A stretch of 64,000 nucleotides of DNA from Minisyncoccota bacterium (GTDB taxonomy: Bacteria; Patescibacteriota; Minisyncoccia; UBA6257; XYB1-36-10): contig JBAZJH010000002.1 of NCBI GenBank assembly GCA_041651415.1, forward strand, positions 20,474 to 84,473. Direction: 5' to 3'. The position numbers were made by a program, and so were the translations under genes. Positions 9,346-18,363 of this stretch are shown piece after piece. The first letter of the stretch is position 1. Each line of letters begins with the position of its first letter. The notes under the pieces were generated by a model, which was given only the letters and a program-made list of their open reading frames with translations, did no database searches and was not told the DNA's origin.

Positions 9346-9367
9346 GGGAGCAAGGTGCTCCCTTTTT
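9346..9367 (+). terminator. Intrinsic terminator
   Basis: gggagc / gctccc stem followed by ttttt. Confidence 0.7.
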
Positions 9368-9386
9368 GAATAAAGTGCGAACGAAA

Positions 9387-10631
9387 TTAGGCAACGTGAA
9401 AAAGTTCGTTGCCCCGGCCTTGCTGAATGAGCGGAACAAAGTTTTCCAGTACCTGCAGAACGAGTGGGTCGGCAAGATTAATAACTTTTCCACATTCGGC
9501 TGATACATAAGAGGCCATAACAAGACGGGTGATTTCCAGACCGTATTCCCAGTCCAGAAAAGCATTTTTCCCTTCCGAAAAAGCAGAAAGAGCGTTGCGC
9601 CATTCCGAAACGTATCCATACAGATCCGGTTCGTTTGGTTGGACCGCAAGAAGACCGCGGGAAGCAGTGGCTTTTTCCAGCGCCGCTTCCGCGTTAGCGG
9701 TTGCTTCTGCGGCGGCATCACCGATAAAGATGGAGAGCGGAGAAATCAGCGAATTAACTTCAAGAGCGTAACCGGGACCCATGGCTTCCATAAGAAGCCG
9801 CAGACCTTGCTTTTCAAACATCCAAGAATCAGTGAACTGCGCCTGGGCAATCTGGCCTGTTTCGGGATTTTCAAAAACGATAGTTCCCGAACAATAATCT
9901 TCGGCGGGAGTTTTGGCGTAGTCAACTCCTCTGTCCTTCAAAAGTTTTTCACGCCAATACGGAAGACCCCACTTCAGAAGACCGAGACTGCAGTTGACTG
10001 ATTTCGGCCTCATAAAAGTCGGCGATTTTCCGATGGGGTTAAGACAATACCAACCGACCGCGATGCTGTGACAGCCCATATCGCAAAGAACGCCGCCACC
10101 TTGGCGAGTGGGATCCCAGAACCAACCTTCGTGCGGACCGCCATGTTCTTCAGCGGAACGAGTTAGCGTGACTGGACCCATCTTTTTTTGAGTCGGCGTC
10201 AATTGAGTAAGCGCTGAGTGAATTGCCGGCATATGAATCTGGTTTTCGAAATAGGCGGTGTTGAGCCCGACGGAATTTGCCAATTCAACAAGACGCCGAG
10301 CTTCTTTCATGTTGCTACCTAAAGGCTTCTCACAAATAACACCTTTGAGATTCTCGCCTTTTTGGACCGCTTGAGTGATTTCTTCCATCGTTTCAACCCG
10401 AGCAAAGTTCGGCATAAACATGCAAACGATGTCGGAGATTTGGCAGAGTTCGGATACGCTTTCACATACTGAACATTCGCCCAGTCCGTTCGATTCCACT
10501 TCTGCGGCGAATGCTTCCGCCCCAGCGACAGCGAAAACACCAGTTATTTCTGCTCCTCTTACTGACTGAAGAGCCAACCGATGAAAATTTGCATTGAACC
10601 CCGCGCCTATAATTCCTACTTTTAGATTCAT
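9387..10631 (-). CDS. Gfo/Idh/MocA family NAD(P)-dependent oxidoreductase
   Basis: N-terminal Rossmann motif VGIIGAGFNANFH; EKP motif; RBS aaggagg; 414 aa. Confidence 0.75.
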   Translation of the reverse strand: MNLKVGIIGAGFNANFHRLALQSVRGAEITGVFAVAGAEAFAAEVESNGLGECSVCESVSELCQISDIVCMFMPNFARVETMEEITQAVQKGENLKGVICEKPLGSNMKEARRLVELANSVGLNTAYFENQIHMPAIHSALTQLTPTQKKMGPVTLTRSAEEHGGPHEGWFWDPTRQGGGVLCDMGCHSIAVGWYCLNPIGKSPTFMRPKSVNCSLGLLKWGLPYWREKLLKDRGVDYAKTPAEDYCSGTIVFENPETGQIAQAQFTDSWMFEKQGLRLLMEAMGPGYALEVNSLISPLSIFIGDAAAEATANAEAALEKATASRGLLAVQPNEPDLYGYVSEWRNALSAFSEGKNAFLDWEYGLEITRLVMASYVSAECGKVINLADPLVLQVLENFVPLIQQGRGNELFHVA

Positions 10632-11038
10632 TTTTTTCCTCCTTATGAGAAAAACTTTTTAGTTAGCGCAAACATAATTTATTGTTTGCTTTTATTTGAA
10701 ACATTTTTACTTCTTGCTTTAATAACGCAAAAGCATCTTTAACCTCCTTTCCGAAAGATAAACTAAAAAATATTATTGATGTAAAAGTGCGGGAAGATGT
10801 TAACACAATAATTTTTATTTGTAAATAGCAGTAGAAAAAGTAAAAGGCCATCAGATGATGGCCTTGTTTGCAGTTTATAGTCTAAATTTTAAAAACTTTT
10901 TGAAAGGCAGTTAAACGCCTGGTGTTTGATTAGTGCGTTTAATTAGTGTGCCTTTATAAAAAGCTTTTCTTTTTTTAGACTGATTTCAATGTTCTAACTT
11001 AAATATACAAAAAAGAAGTAAAGAGAGCAAGTGAGGGG

Positions 11039-11298
11039 GTGTGGAAAACTTTCGCTCACAACCTATAGCCGTTTTCAAAAACGCTTCAAGACTTTTTAAA
11101 TTAAAAAGAATTTTTTACGGAAGAAGCTTAACGCGGTGCCCGTTTGCCTTTTTGTCCGAAACGGACAAAAAGTTTTCCGACCACTACTTCTTCCTGAAAA
11201 ATTCTTAATTTAATAAAGTCTTTACGCTAAATTTTTAAGCGGCTATAGGTTGCTCGCTTGTTAGTGATAGTAAGGAAGCTCCGACCTTGAGTCGGAGC
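11039..11298. repeat. ~260-nt structured repeat, copy 1 (related to 63579-63844)
   Basis: Shared 5' block gtgtggaaaaNtttcgctc, a shared ~130-nt 3' block at ~80 percent identity, ending in a gctccgac-loop-gtcggagc hairpin; internal long-range stem acctatagccg / cggctataggt. Confidence 0.55.
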
Positions 11299-11319
11299 AA
11301 ATAATCAGCCAAAGGTTCC

Positions 11320-12813
11320 TTATTTGCGGAATTTGGGAGTGACCCAGAAGCCGAGACGCCACTTGCCGCCAAGAGCAAGCCTGGTTTGAGCTTCAATAGC
11401 CGGAAGAGAACCGAAGACAATCAGAGTGAAGGGCATTAGAGCCCACTGCAGAAGAAAGAGAAGATAGTGCCACCATTTAAACCATTTAGGAGGAGACGGG
11501 AGGAGAAGAATGGAAATAATAGCGGAAGAAACGATACCGATAGAAGCGAGACTCATTATGAAGCGGGTGATTTCCGGAAGATTATAAGACAAAAGAGAAT
11601 AGTTGAAATTTTCACCGCCAAGATAAATCGGGAGCCATCCTAAAGCAAAAATCAAAAGAGAATTGGTCGCCCAAGAGTGATAGCCCTCCAAAGTATTAAA
11701 GGTCCAATAAAGTTTTGTTTTGAGCGGCATCTTTTTATTTTTAAAAAATCCCCGCAAAAGATAAGGAACATTTTCCGAACCCCAAGCCCAGCGACGCTGC
11801 TGCTTATAAAGATTTTTCATCGAACCCCAAAAAGTAGAAGCGACGTTGGCATCCATGCAAACCGGATAGTTCAGCGGAACGACATGCCAGTCGCCGGAAT
11901 TGCCGATAAGGCATTGCCAAAAAATGCGCGAATCTTCCGAGACCAAATCTTTTTCCCAAAAACCGATATTGACGAGAGCTTTAAAAGGCATCGAGTGCGA
12001 AGAAAAAGTGGTGAGGCGTTCCGGGCGGGCCTGCTGCATCATCTGCCAAAAAGTGGTGGAAAAAGAAACAACGCGAGCAAGGGAAGGAGCTTGAAAAATA
12101 TTATTGGTAAAAAGAGGAATTGGCTGGAAGCTGGATTTCTCCGGATGCTCCGCAGTCAAAAAATTATAAGAAAGAATGCCAAAATATTCCGGCAGAACTT
12201 GCGTATCGACATCAAAAACGGAAACCAGAATATTTTCATATGGAATATTTTTTTTATCAATAACAAGCTCCTTAACTTTTTGCGCCATCCAAGTTTCGTT
12301 TGAGCCTTTGCCGGGAATTTCATCGGGAAGGTCGGAAGGATGAACGGTAATCAAGAAGTCCAAAAAATTATTCTGAAATTCATTTTTTATTTTTTCGGCG
12401 ATGGAAACAGCTTCTTCCCCCGCCCGCTCCTCCGCGCCGAGAACAAGAATAAATTTTTGCGAAGGATAATTGGATTCCAAAACACTTTTAAAACTTTCCC
12501 TGATAACTTCATAAGGCTCCTTATAAAAAGGAAAAAGAATAAGGTGATAAAGCTCCTCCCAATTTTTTTCGCTTTTTCCGTTTTCAGAAAGATTTTTTAT
12601 TCTTGAAAGCCAGTTGATTTTAAGATTCTTTTTCATTTCCTGAAAAGTGTGCCGCAAATGGAAGGAAAGAAAAATAGTTTTCAAGAGCCAATAAATATCA
12701 AAAAGGATGATAAAAACCGCCACAAAGACGGGGAAAAAATAGGAAAAGAAGAACATGCCGATTATTGTTCCCCAAGCAAGAAGGGCGGGAATAGCTTCAA
12801 AGAGTCTAGACAC
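11320..12813 (-). CDS. Processive family-2 glycosyltransferase (cellulose/chitin-synthase-like membrane GT2)
   Basis: N-terminal TM helices, DxD-like VFDVDTQ, and a QQRRWAWG (QxxRW) motif; 497 aa. Confidence 0.68.
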   Translation of the reverse strand: MSRLFEAIPALLAWGTIIGMFFFSYFFPVFVAVFIILFDIYWLLKTIFLSFHLRHTFQEMKKNLKINWLSRIKNLSENGKSEKNWEELYHLILFPFYKEPYEVIRESFKSVLESNYPSQKFILVLGAEERAGEEAVSIAEKIKNEFQNNFLDFLITVHPSDLPDEIPGKGSNETWMAQKVKELVIDKKNIPYENILVSVFDVDTQVLPEYFGILSYNFLTAEHPEKSSFQPIPLFTNNIFQAPSLARVVSFSTTFWQMMQQARPERLTTFSSHSMPFKALVNIGFWEKDLVSEDSRIFWQCLIGNSGDWHVVPLNYPVCMDANVASTFWGSMKNLYKQQRRWAWGSENVPYLLRGFFKNKKMPLKTKLYWTFNTLEGYHSWATNSLLIFALGWLPIYLGGENFNYSLLSYNLPEITRFIMSLASIGIVSSAIISILLLPSPPKWFKWWHYLLFLLQWALMPFTLIVFGSLPAIEAQTRLALGGKWRLGFWVTPKFRK

Positions 12814-12821
12814 AAGTTAGA

Positions 12822-13175
12822 TTAAAACAGTCCAAACATACTTTCGTCAAGAGAAAGGATACCGGCGTTTTTAGTAAAGAAGAAAAGAGCAAGAGCAAAA
12901 AGAACAAAGTCTAAAATAAATTCATCAAGAGAATATTTCTTTTTGGCAAGCTTGAAAGCAAGAAGTATGAAAAATTCCAAAGCGATGAAAAGAGCGGCAA
13001 AGTTAAAAAGAAAACCAATAAAAATAAGAGAGCCCATCACAAGGTCAATGAGCCCGATATATTTTGTTTTAGAAAATTTTTTAAATCCTTTTTCGAAAAG
13101 AAAAGCCCCAAAAGAAAGGCGGAGGATAAAAAAGGTAATATCGCTTAGAATAAGAAGAATGGGAAAGATGTTCAT
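12822..13175 (-). CDS. Small polytopic membrane protein (DoxX-like size and topology)
   Basis: 117 aa with 3-4 hydrophobic helices. Confidence 0.45.
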   Translation of the reverse strand: MNIFPILLILSDITFFILRLSFGAFLFEKGFKKFSKTKYIGLIDLVMGSLIFIGFLFNFAALFIALEFFILLAFKLAKKKYSLDEFILDFVLFALALFFFTKNAGILSLDESMFGLF

Positions 13176-13180
13176 AGCAG

Positions 13181-13209
13181 TTGATTAGTTTAAGTTTTTT
13201 TATTATGAT
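13181..13209 (+). promoter_or_regulatory. Putative promoter for tRNA-Glu (TTGATT-17-TATGAT)
   Basis: Sits about 25 nt upstream of the tRNA 5' end. Confidence 0.45.
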
Positions 13210-13234
13210 AGCATAAGATTTTTCAAAATCAAAA

Positions 13235-13306
13235 GGCCCTATCGTCTAGTGGTTAGGACGCCAGGTTTTCATCCTGGTAACCGGGGTCCGACTCCCCGTA
13301 GGGTCA
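13235..13306 (+). tRNA. tRNA-Glu (anticodon TTC)
   Basis: Hand-folded cloverleaf: acceptor GGCCCTA/TAGGGTC, anticodon stem CCAGG/CCTGG with loop TTTTCAT, T-loop TCCGACT; CCA not encoded. Confidence 0.9.
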
Positions 13307-13311
13307 CAAAA

Positions 13312-13337
13312 TAAAAAACGCCTCTCGGCGTTTTTTA
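13312..13337. terminator. Bidirectional intrinsic terminator
   Basis: aaaaaacgcc tctc ggcgtttttt. Confidence 0.8.
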
Positions 13338-13344
13338 TTTTTTA

Positions 13345-13962
13345 TCAACTTAATTTTATTTTGACTCGTTTAGATTTGTCGCGGTTCAATTTGGGAAGCT
13401 TAATGGTAAGAATTCCATCTTTCAGTTCAGCTTCCGATTTATCGGGATTTATTTCTTCCGGAAGAATGACAGAACGGGAAAATTTTCCCCAGTAGCATTC
13501 CTGATAAAAGAAATTGTCTTCTTTCACTTTTTCCCGTCTTTCTCTTTTGCCTTTTATAGAAACCGATTCGCTTGTGATATCGATATTCAAATCCTCCGGA
13601 GAAACGCCGGCAACGGTGGATTGAATGATTATTTCTTCCGGAGTCTGAAAGACATCAATAGTGAGCTGGCCTTCCGCTTCGCCAAAAAAAGGATCGGAAT
13701 CAATAAATTCGTCTTCGCCTTCTTTCTCTATATTTTTTTCTTCTTCCTTTTCCATTTTTATTTTTTTAGTTTTTGGTTTAGAAAGAGAAATTTTTTCAGA
13801 TTTAGCGATAGTCGCAATCGGCAGACTTTCCGGAGAGGAAACTTCCGCGTCAACGCTTTCAACATTTAAAGCTTCTTCTTTTTCCTCCAACGGTTCGGAG
13901 GGACCGGAATCATTTTTCCCGCCGACCAAACTTTCGAAATATTCTTTTGAGTTTTTATCCAT
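13345..13962 (-). CDS. Hsp20/alpha-crystallin family small heat-shock protein with a long acidic N-terminal extension
   Basis: C-terminal ACD-like region (GQLTIDVFQT ... GILTIKLPK) preceded by a ~100-aa E/K-rich extension. Confidence 0.75.
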   Translation of the reverse strand: MDKNSKEYFESLVGGKNDSGPSEPLEEKEEALNVESVDAEVSSPESLPIATIAKSEKISLSKPKTKKIKMEKEEEKNIEKEGEDEFIDSDPFFGEAEGQLTIDVFQTPEEIIIQSTVAGVSPEDLNIDITSESVSIKGKRERREKVKEDNFFYQECYWGKFSRSVILPEEINPDKSEAELKDGILTIKLPKLNRDKSKRVKIKLS

Positions 13963-13985
13963 AAAAAAATTAAAAATTTATAAGA

Positions 13986-14672
13986 CTAAGCGGAGACGGC
14001 CTTTAGTTTTTCAAAATCATTCAAGACAAACAAACCGACAAGCAAGAGAAAAATAGTTGGCGTAACAACCGCTCCCGCATTAATTATAAGATAATTGAAA
14101 AAAGCGTGCAATAAGGAAGCAAGAAGAATTCCTTCAGAAACAAAAAGAAATTTTTCTTTCATTCTTAGCCCTAGCGCAAAATAATAGCCAATGAAGGCAG
14201 AACACAAACTATGAAGAAGAGTGGCGCCAATAAAACGCAAAGTGACGGTGTGAAAAACAGCGCCAATTTGCAGATAGTCGTTCCACTGATTCACGGCAGC
14301 GCCAATGTTTTCCACAGCGGCAAAACCTAAAGCGGCCGCAACCATATAAACCATAGCATCCACCGGTTCATCAAAATAACGGCTTTTACTAATGAACCAA
14401 AAGACAAAAGCAAATTTAATAATTTCTTCGATGAAAGAAAAACCTAAAAAGGAAAGAGAAGAAGATTCAGAGACGCCATAGAACCCGAGAAGATTACTAA
14501 GCTCTATTTCAAAGAAAAAAGCGAAGAAAGTAGCGGCAGCGCCGATAAGAAAAGCGAAAAAAATCATTTTTTTTGGCTCAGGACGTTTTGCGTCTTCCCG
14601 AAGATAAAAAAGAAGCCAGGCAAAGCTTGGCAAAAGCCCCAGAAAAACAGCCAAATAAAGCATATAAAGCAT
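13986..14672 (-). CDS. PrsW-family intramembrane metalloprotease-like protein
   Basis: Polytopic protein with EExxK (FIEEIIKF), AVENIG and HAFFNYL motifs resembling PrsW/YpdF. Confidence 0.62.
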   Translation of the reverse strand: MLYMLYLAVFLGLLPSFAWLLFYLREDAKRPEPKKMIFFAFLIGAAATFFAFFFEIELSNLLGFYGVSESSSLSFLGFSFIEEIIKFAFVFWFISKSRYFDEPVDAMVYMVAAALGFAAVENIGAAVNQWNDYLQIGAVFHTVTLRFIGATLLHSLCSAFIGYYFALGLRMKEKFLFVSEGILLASLLHAFFNYLIINAGAVVTPTIFLLLVGLFVLNDFEKLKAVSA

Positions 14673-14724
14673 TATATAAAATAAACCGCTTAATTTCTAA
14701 TTTTACAAAAACCGGAAAAAGTTT

Positions 14725-17700
14725 TTATCTTTTTAAATTGGAGGTTATAAATCTGCTTGGAAATTTAAGAAAAGATTTAAAATCTTTCAAAGGATGTTCG
14801 ATATTAATTCCATCAACAAAAAACTTTCCCTTATTGATAACCAACTCAAAATCGGCGCGGCTATTTTTGCCAGTAAAGAAGATTCTTAAACTCTCCCCCA
14901 CTCTTTTATCCAAAAATTTTTCCGCGGAAACTGATTTTATATCTCTAAAGCTTTTGCGGAAAAATTCCAAAGCTTCTTTATCTTTATCGTTTTCTAAAAG
15001 CTCTATAACAGCTGATGATTGTTCGGGAGTGAAGTCTTCGCTTAAAGCAAAATAAATATGTTTATCAATCGTTTCCAAAGGCAATTCGGAGAGCTTGGAA
15101 ACTTCAATCATTCTTTTTGCCTCTTCGGGATTATCAAGGTCAAGATTAGATAAAGAAATCAAAGTTTCGTTTATTTTTTCAGGATTTTCTTTTTCCAAGC
15201 CAAGTTCTTTTATAAATTCGTTTTCATCGGCTATTTGGAATCCGCTTTGTTTAAGTTTTTCTATAGCTTCAGCAGAATTGGAAGGCGGCATAAACTTTTC
15301 TGTTTTTTCCTCAATTTGCTCCAAAGGCGCTTCTCTGTACTTTTCTCCAATTTCCGCTTGCTCCTCAATATTCTCAGAAGACAGGTTATCCGACGGCAAT
15401 TCCTGATTTTCGACAATCGGAAGATTAAGATTATCAGGAGCCGGAATTTCTTTCACATAATAAGAAGATTCCTGCCAATTTTCCTTATCCTCGCCGGTTC
15501 CAATAATATTTTCAATCGCTTCTTTGGAAAGATTTTCAGTCAAGATTTCTTTCGGAAAAGCATCACGGAAAGCTTCGTCCCATTTAATACTTTCAATCAT
15601 TTCTTTAGATAAGCGGCGAAAATTGGGATTTTCAGGCAGGCCATATTTTTCCGGATTAGAAAGAACAATATCTTTCAAGCGGTCGATATTATAAATTTTG
15701 AGAGCTTCTTTTGATTTTTCATCCGCGCCAAGATTTTCAAAAAGTTCTTTAAATCTGCCTTGCAATTGAAGTTCGGCTTCTTTCCAAACGCTTTTCCCGC
15801 CTTGATAATCAAGATGTTCGGCAGATTTAAAAATATCGGGAGTTTCAATAGACACTTTAGGCAAGGTTTGTTCCGCCATCTTAAGTTCTTCAGCTACACC
15901 AGTAATGCCAGCGGATTTTTCAGAAAAATCGCCTTGAATTTCGGAAACATTTGGTTCATAAGCAGTTTGTTCAGTTGTTTCAGATAGTTTTGATTGAACC
16001 GGTTCAAAGCCTTCGGGTTCAACATTGAGCTGAGTAAGTTTTTCAGAAGGAATGGAGGCATAATTATCAGAGGGAACAGGATTTTCTTTCATAAAAAAGT
16101 CAGCAATTTTACCCCAAATGCTTTTAGCTCCTTCTTCGCTTTTTTCTTTAACAAATTCAAAAGCATTCTCAATATGGTCAGAGTTTTTCCAAACACTCTC
16201 AATGAGCGTTTCTAAAGTGAGAGCCGAGGTTAAAGTTTTAGCTCCTTTTGAAACAAGCCCGCTATAATAAGAAAGATGGTCAACCATTCCAAAATCGCTA
16301 ACCATAGAATCAAGTTCTTTCAAAAATTCAGCGTTTTTCTTTAAAAGCTTTTCTTTTTCCAATTCTTTCTGTTTTTCTCCCAATTTTTTATCATTTTCAA
16401 TCTGATTAAATTTGTCATTAAGTTTAAAAACGGTCCGCCTAATTCTGATGTCAGCAAGAGACGTATAATAAGCGGAAATGTTTTGTCTGTTTACTCTCTT
16501 TGCAAGATCGCCCAAAAGACTTTTTTCGTAAGCTTCTTTAAAATCTTCAGCAGAGGCTTTTTCTTTTCCTTTTTCATTAGCTAATTTTTCCGCTTCTTCG
16601 TAAAGTCTAAGAGCTTCTTCTTCGGCGCGCTTTAAATCATCAACACGAACTTTTTTGATAACTTCTTTATTTTTTAGGCGAGCGCTTTTTTCAATTTCAG
16701 CCAAAAAACCGGTAGCCATAGAACCCATCATAGCTATTCTAAAAGGACTTGAGAGACCGTAACCATGAAGGATTCTCCCCCAGCGCAAGATAGCGGAAGG
16801 AACAGACGACCAACCAGCTGATTTTTCAAGCATTCCTTTGCCAATTTTTTCTCTTTTTTCCCGAGCTTCATTTTCTTTCTTTTCAAAAGCTTCAGCAGTG
16901 GCTTTAAAATGTCTGTTTAAAAAGTCATTAGAAATATTCACGCGAGAAAAAATATTTTTTAAAATCCAATTGGAATTTTCTTTAAAATAATATCCGGCAT
17001 CAGCCACGCCTTCAAAAAGGGTTTTCTTTTGTTTCTCGGAAAGTTTTTCAACAGCTTCCGCAATTTCTTCGCTTATTTTTTCTCCGTTTAAATCAGCTTC
17101 GCTAAGACTACCAGCAAGCAGTTCAACTTCTTCCAAACTTTCCTTAACTTCTTTCAGTTCTTCCCCAATAAAAATATCATCGAGAGTCAATTCGTCTTGA
17201 TTTTCTTCTAAAACAGGCTGTGATTCTTTTTTTGATTTATTGAGATAATTACTGGCATCTTCAGAGGAAGAGAAATAGTATTTTAAAGGATGCCAAACAT
17301 CTTTTTCATCAAAAAATCGCTCTCTTTCCAAGTCTAAGATTTTTATATCATGATAACTGACTCCATTATCTCTGTTGATATAAAAAGCTTTTTTTCCTTC
17401 TTCAAAATTTTGTTCTAGCCCGAACTTATTAGTAATTGTAATTTCTTTATTTTTTGATTCTTCTTCGACAGATTTTTTTTCTTCTATTTCTTCAGTTTCT
17501 ATTTTTATCGGTTCAGTCGGGGGAAATTTTTCAGAGAGATTGGTTATTTCTTCAACCGATGCCGAATTTTCTTCCGGCGCAGCAGGAGGAATTTCTTCTG
17601 ATTTCGAAAATCTATTATGTTCTTTTTTTGCATATTCTTCCGCTTCTTTTTTATTACCAAAGAACCATTGCAATTCAAGCCAATTACCGGAAGAAAAAAA

Positions 17701-18318
17701 CTCGTTGTTTTTTTTATCCAATTTTTCTATCTTGGATTGAGTAACTTTTCCGGTGTTAGTTTCGGGATAAAAAGCAAATTCACCGACTTTAAAGTTTTGA
17801 AGATTCTCGGAATATTTACACTTTATCTCTTTTAGTTCTTCAACAAGTTTACGGTCAGTTTCCGGTTCGCTATAAATAATTTCTTTTTCTTCTTCCCCTC
17901 CTTCCGGTTCTTTGTTTTTAAGCGTACCATTGATAGCATTGCGAAATTCAGAATCAGAAGGTTTGGTTATTTTTTCTTCTTGGGGTTCTTCTATTGTTGT
18001 TATTCCAGGATCTTGAAGTTCTTCTTCCTTTTTCTTTTCTTCCTGATCTTTTTTTATTTCTTCAAGCCTAGCTTCGGCAGCTTCGCGAGAGAAAAAAATT
18101 CGGTCAAAATAATATGTTAAAGAACTACCTTCAACAAAAAATTTTTTTTCTTCTTTATTAATTTCTTTTATTTTAATTTCAAAATTTCTTTCTCCATTAA
18201 ATGACGGTTCATAAACTATATCTCCTATTTTAAAGATATATTCATTGCCGGAAGCGTCGACGGTAGTGAAGTTTTCTTTTTCAGCAGAATTTTCTTTTTT
18301 TGAAAGCTTTTCTTGCAT
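14725..18318 (-). CDS. Large acidic hypothetical protein (1197 aa) with three N-terminal ~65-aa tandem repeats
   Basis: 3.6-kb uninterrupted ORF; repeats share the pattern F.IGD..Y...G...FF...YFFS..EAE.Y; no signal peptide and no enzymatic motif recognised. Confidence 0.65.
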   Translation of the reverse strand: MQEKLSKKENSAEKENFTTVDASGNEYIFKIGDIVYEPSFNGERNFEIKIKEINKEEKKFFVEGSSLTYYFDRIFFSREAAEARLEEIKKDQEEKKKEEELQDPGITTIEEPQEEKITKPSDSEFRNAINGTLKNKEPEGGEEEKEIIYSEPETDRKLVEELKEIKCKYSENLQNFKVGEFAFYPETNTGKVTQSKIEKLDKKNNEFFSSGNWLELQWFFGNKKEAEEYAKKEHNRFSKSEEIPPAAPEENSASVEEITNLSEKFPPTEPIKIETEEIEEKKSVEEESKNKEITITNKFGLEQNFEEGKKAFYINRDNGVSYHDIKILDLERERFFDEKDVWHPLKYYFSSSEDASNYLNKSKKESQPVLEENQDELTLDDIFIGEELKEVKESLEEVELLAGSLSEADLNGEKISEEIAEAVEKLSEKQKKTLFEGVADAGYYFKENSNWILKNIFSRVNISNDFLNRHFKATAEAFEKKENEAREKREKIGKGMLEKSAGWSSVPSAILRWGRILHGYGLSSPFRIAMMGSMATGFLAEIEKSARLKNKEVIKKVRVDDLKRAEEEALRLYEEAEKLANEKGKEKASAEDFKEAYEKSLLGDLAKRVNRQNISAYYTSLADIRIRRTVFKLNDKFNQIENDKKLGEKQKELEKEKLLKKNAEFLKELDSMVSDFGMVDHLSYYSGLVSKGAKTLTSALTLETLIESVWKNSDHIENAFEFVKEKSEEGAKSIWGKIADFFMKENPVPSDNYASIPSEKLTQLNVEPEGFEPVQSKLSETTEQTAYEPNVSEIQGDFSEKSAGITGVAEELKMAEQTLPKVSIETPDIFKSAEHLDYQGGKSVWKEAELQLQGRFKELFENLGADEKSKEALKIYNIDRLKDIVLSNPEKYGLPENPNFRRLSKEMIESIKWDEAFRDAFPKEILTENLSKEAIENIIGTGEDKENWQESSYYVKEIPAPDNLNLPIVENQELPSDNLSSENIEEQAEIGEKYREAPLEQIEEKTEKFMPPSNSAEAIEKLKQSGFQIADENEFIKELGLEKENPEKINETLISLSNLDLDNPEEAKRMIEVSKLSELPLETIDKHIYFALSEDFTPEQSSAVIELLENDKDKEALEFFRKSFRDIKSVSAEKFLDKRVGESLRIFFTGKNSRADFELVINKGKFFVDGINIEHPLKDFKSFLKFPSRFITSNLKR

Positions 18319-18332
18319 TAAAATAATTATAC

Positions 18333-18360
18333 AAATTAAAAAGCCCTAATTAAAGGGCTT
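18333..18360 (-). terminator. Intrinsic terminator of valS
   Basis: aagccct / agggctt stem with a T-run on the minus strand. Confidence 0.7.
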
Positions 18361-18363
18361 CTC

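Noticed and set aside
10844-10865. Orphan 9-bp hairpin aaggccatc/gatggcctt in the 400-bp non-coding stretch before repeat copy 1
   Set aside because: No flanking promoter or gene could be tied to it; possibly a terminator for an unannotated small transcript, but not supportable
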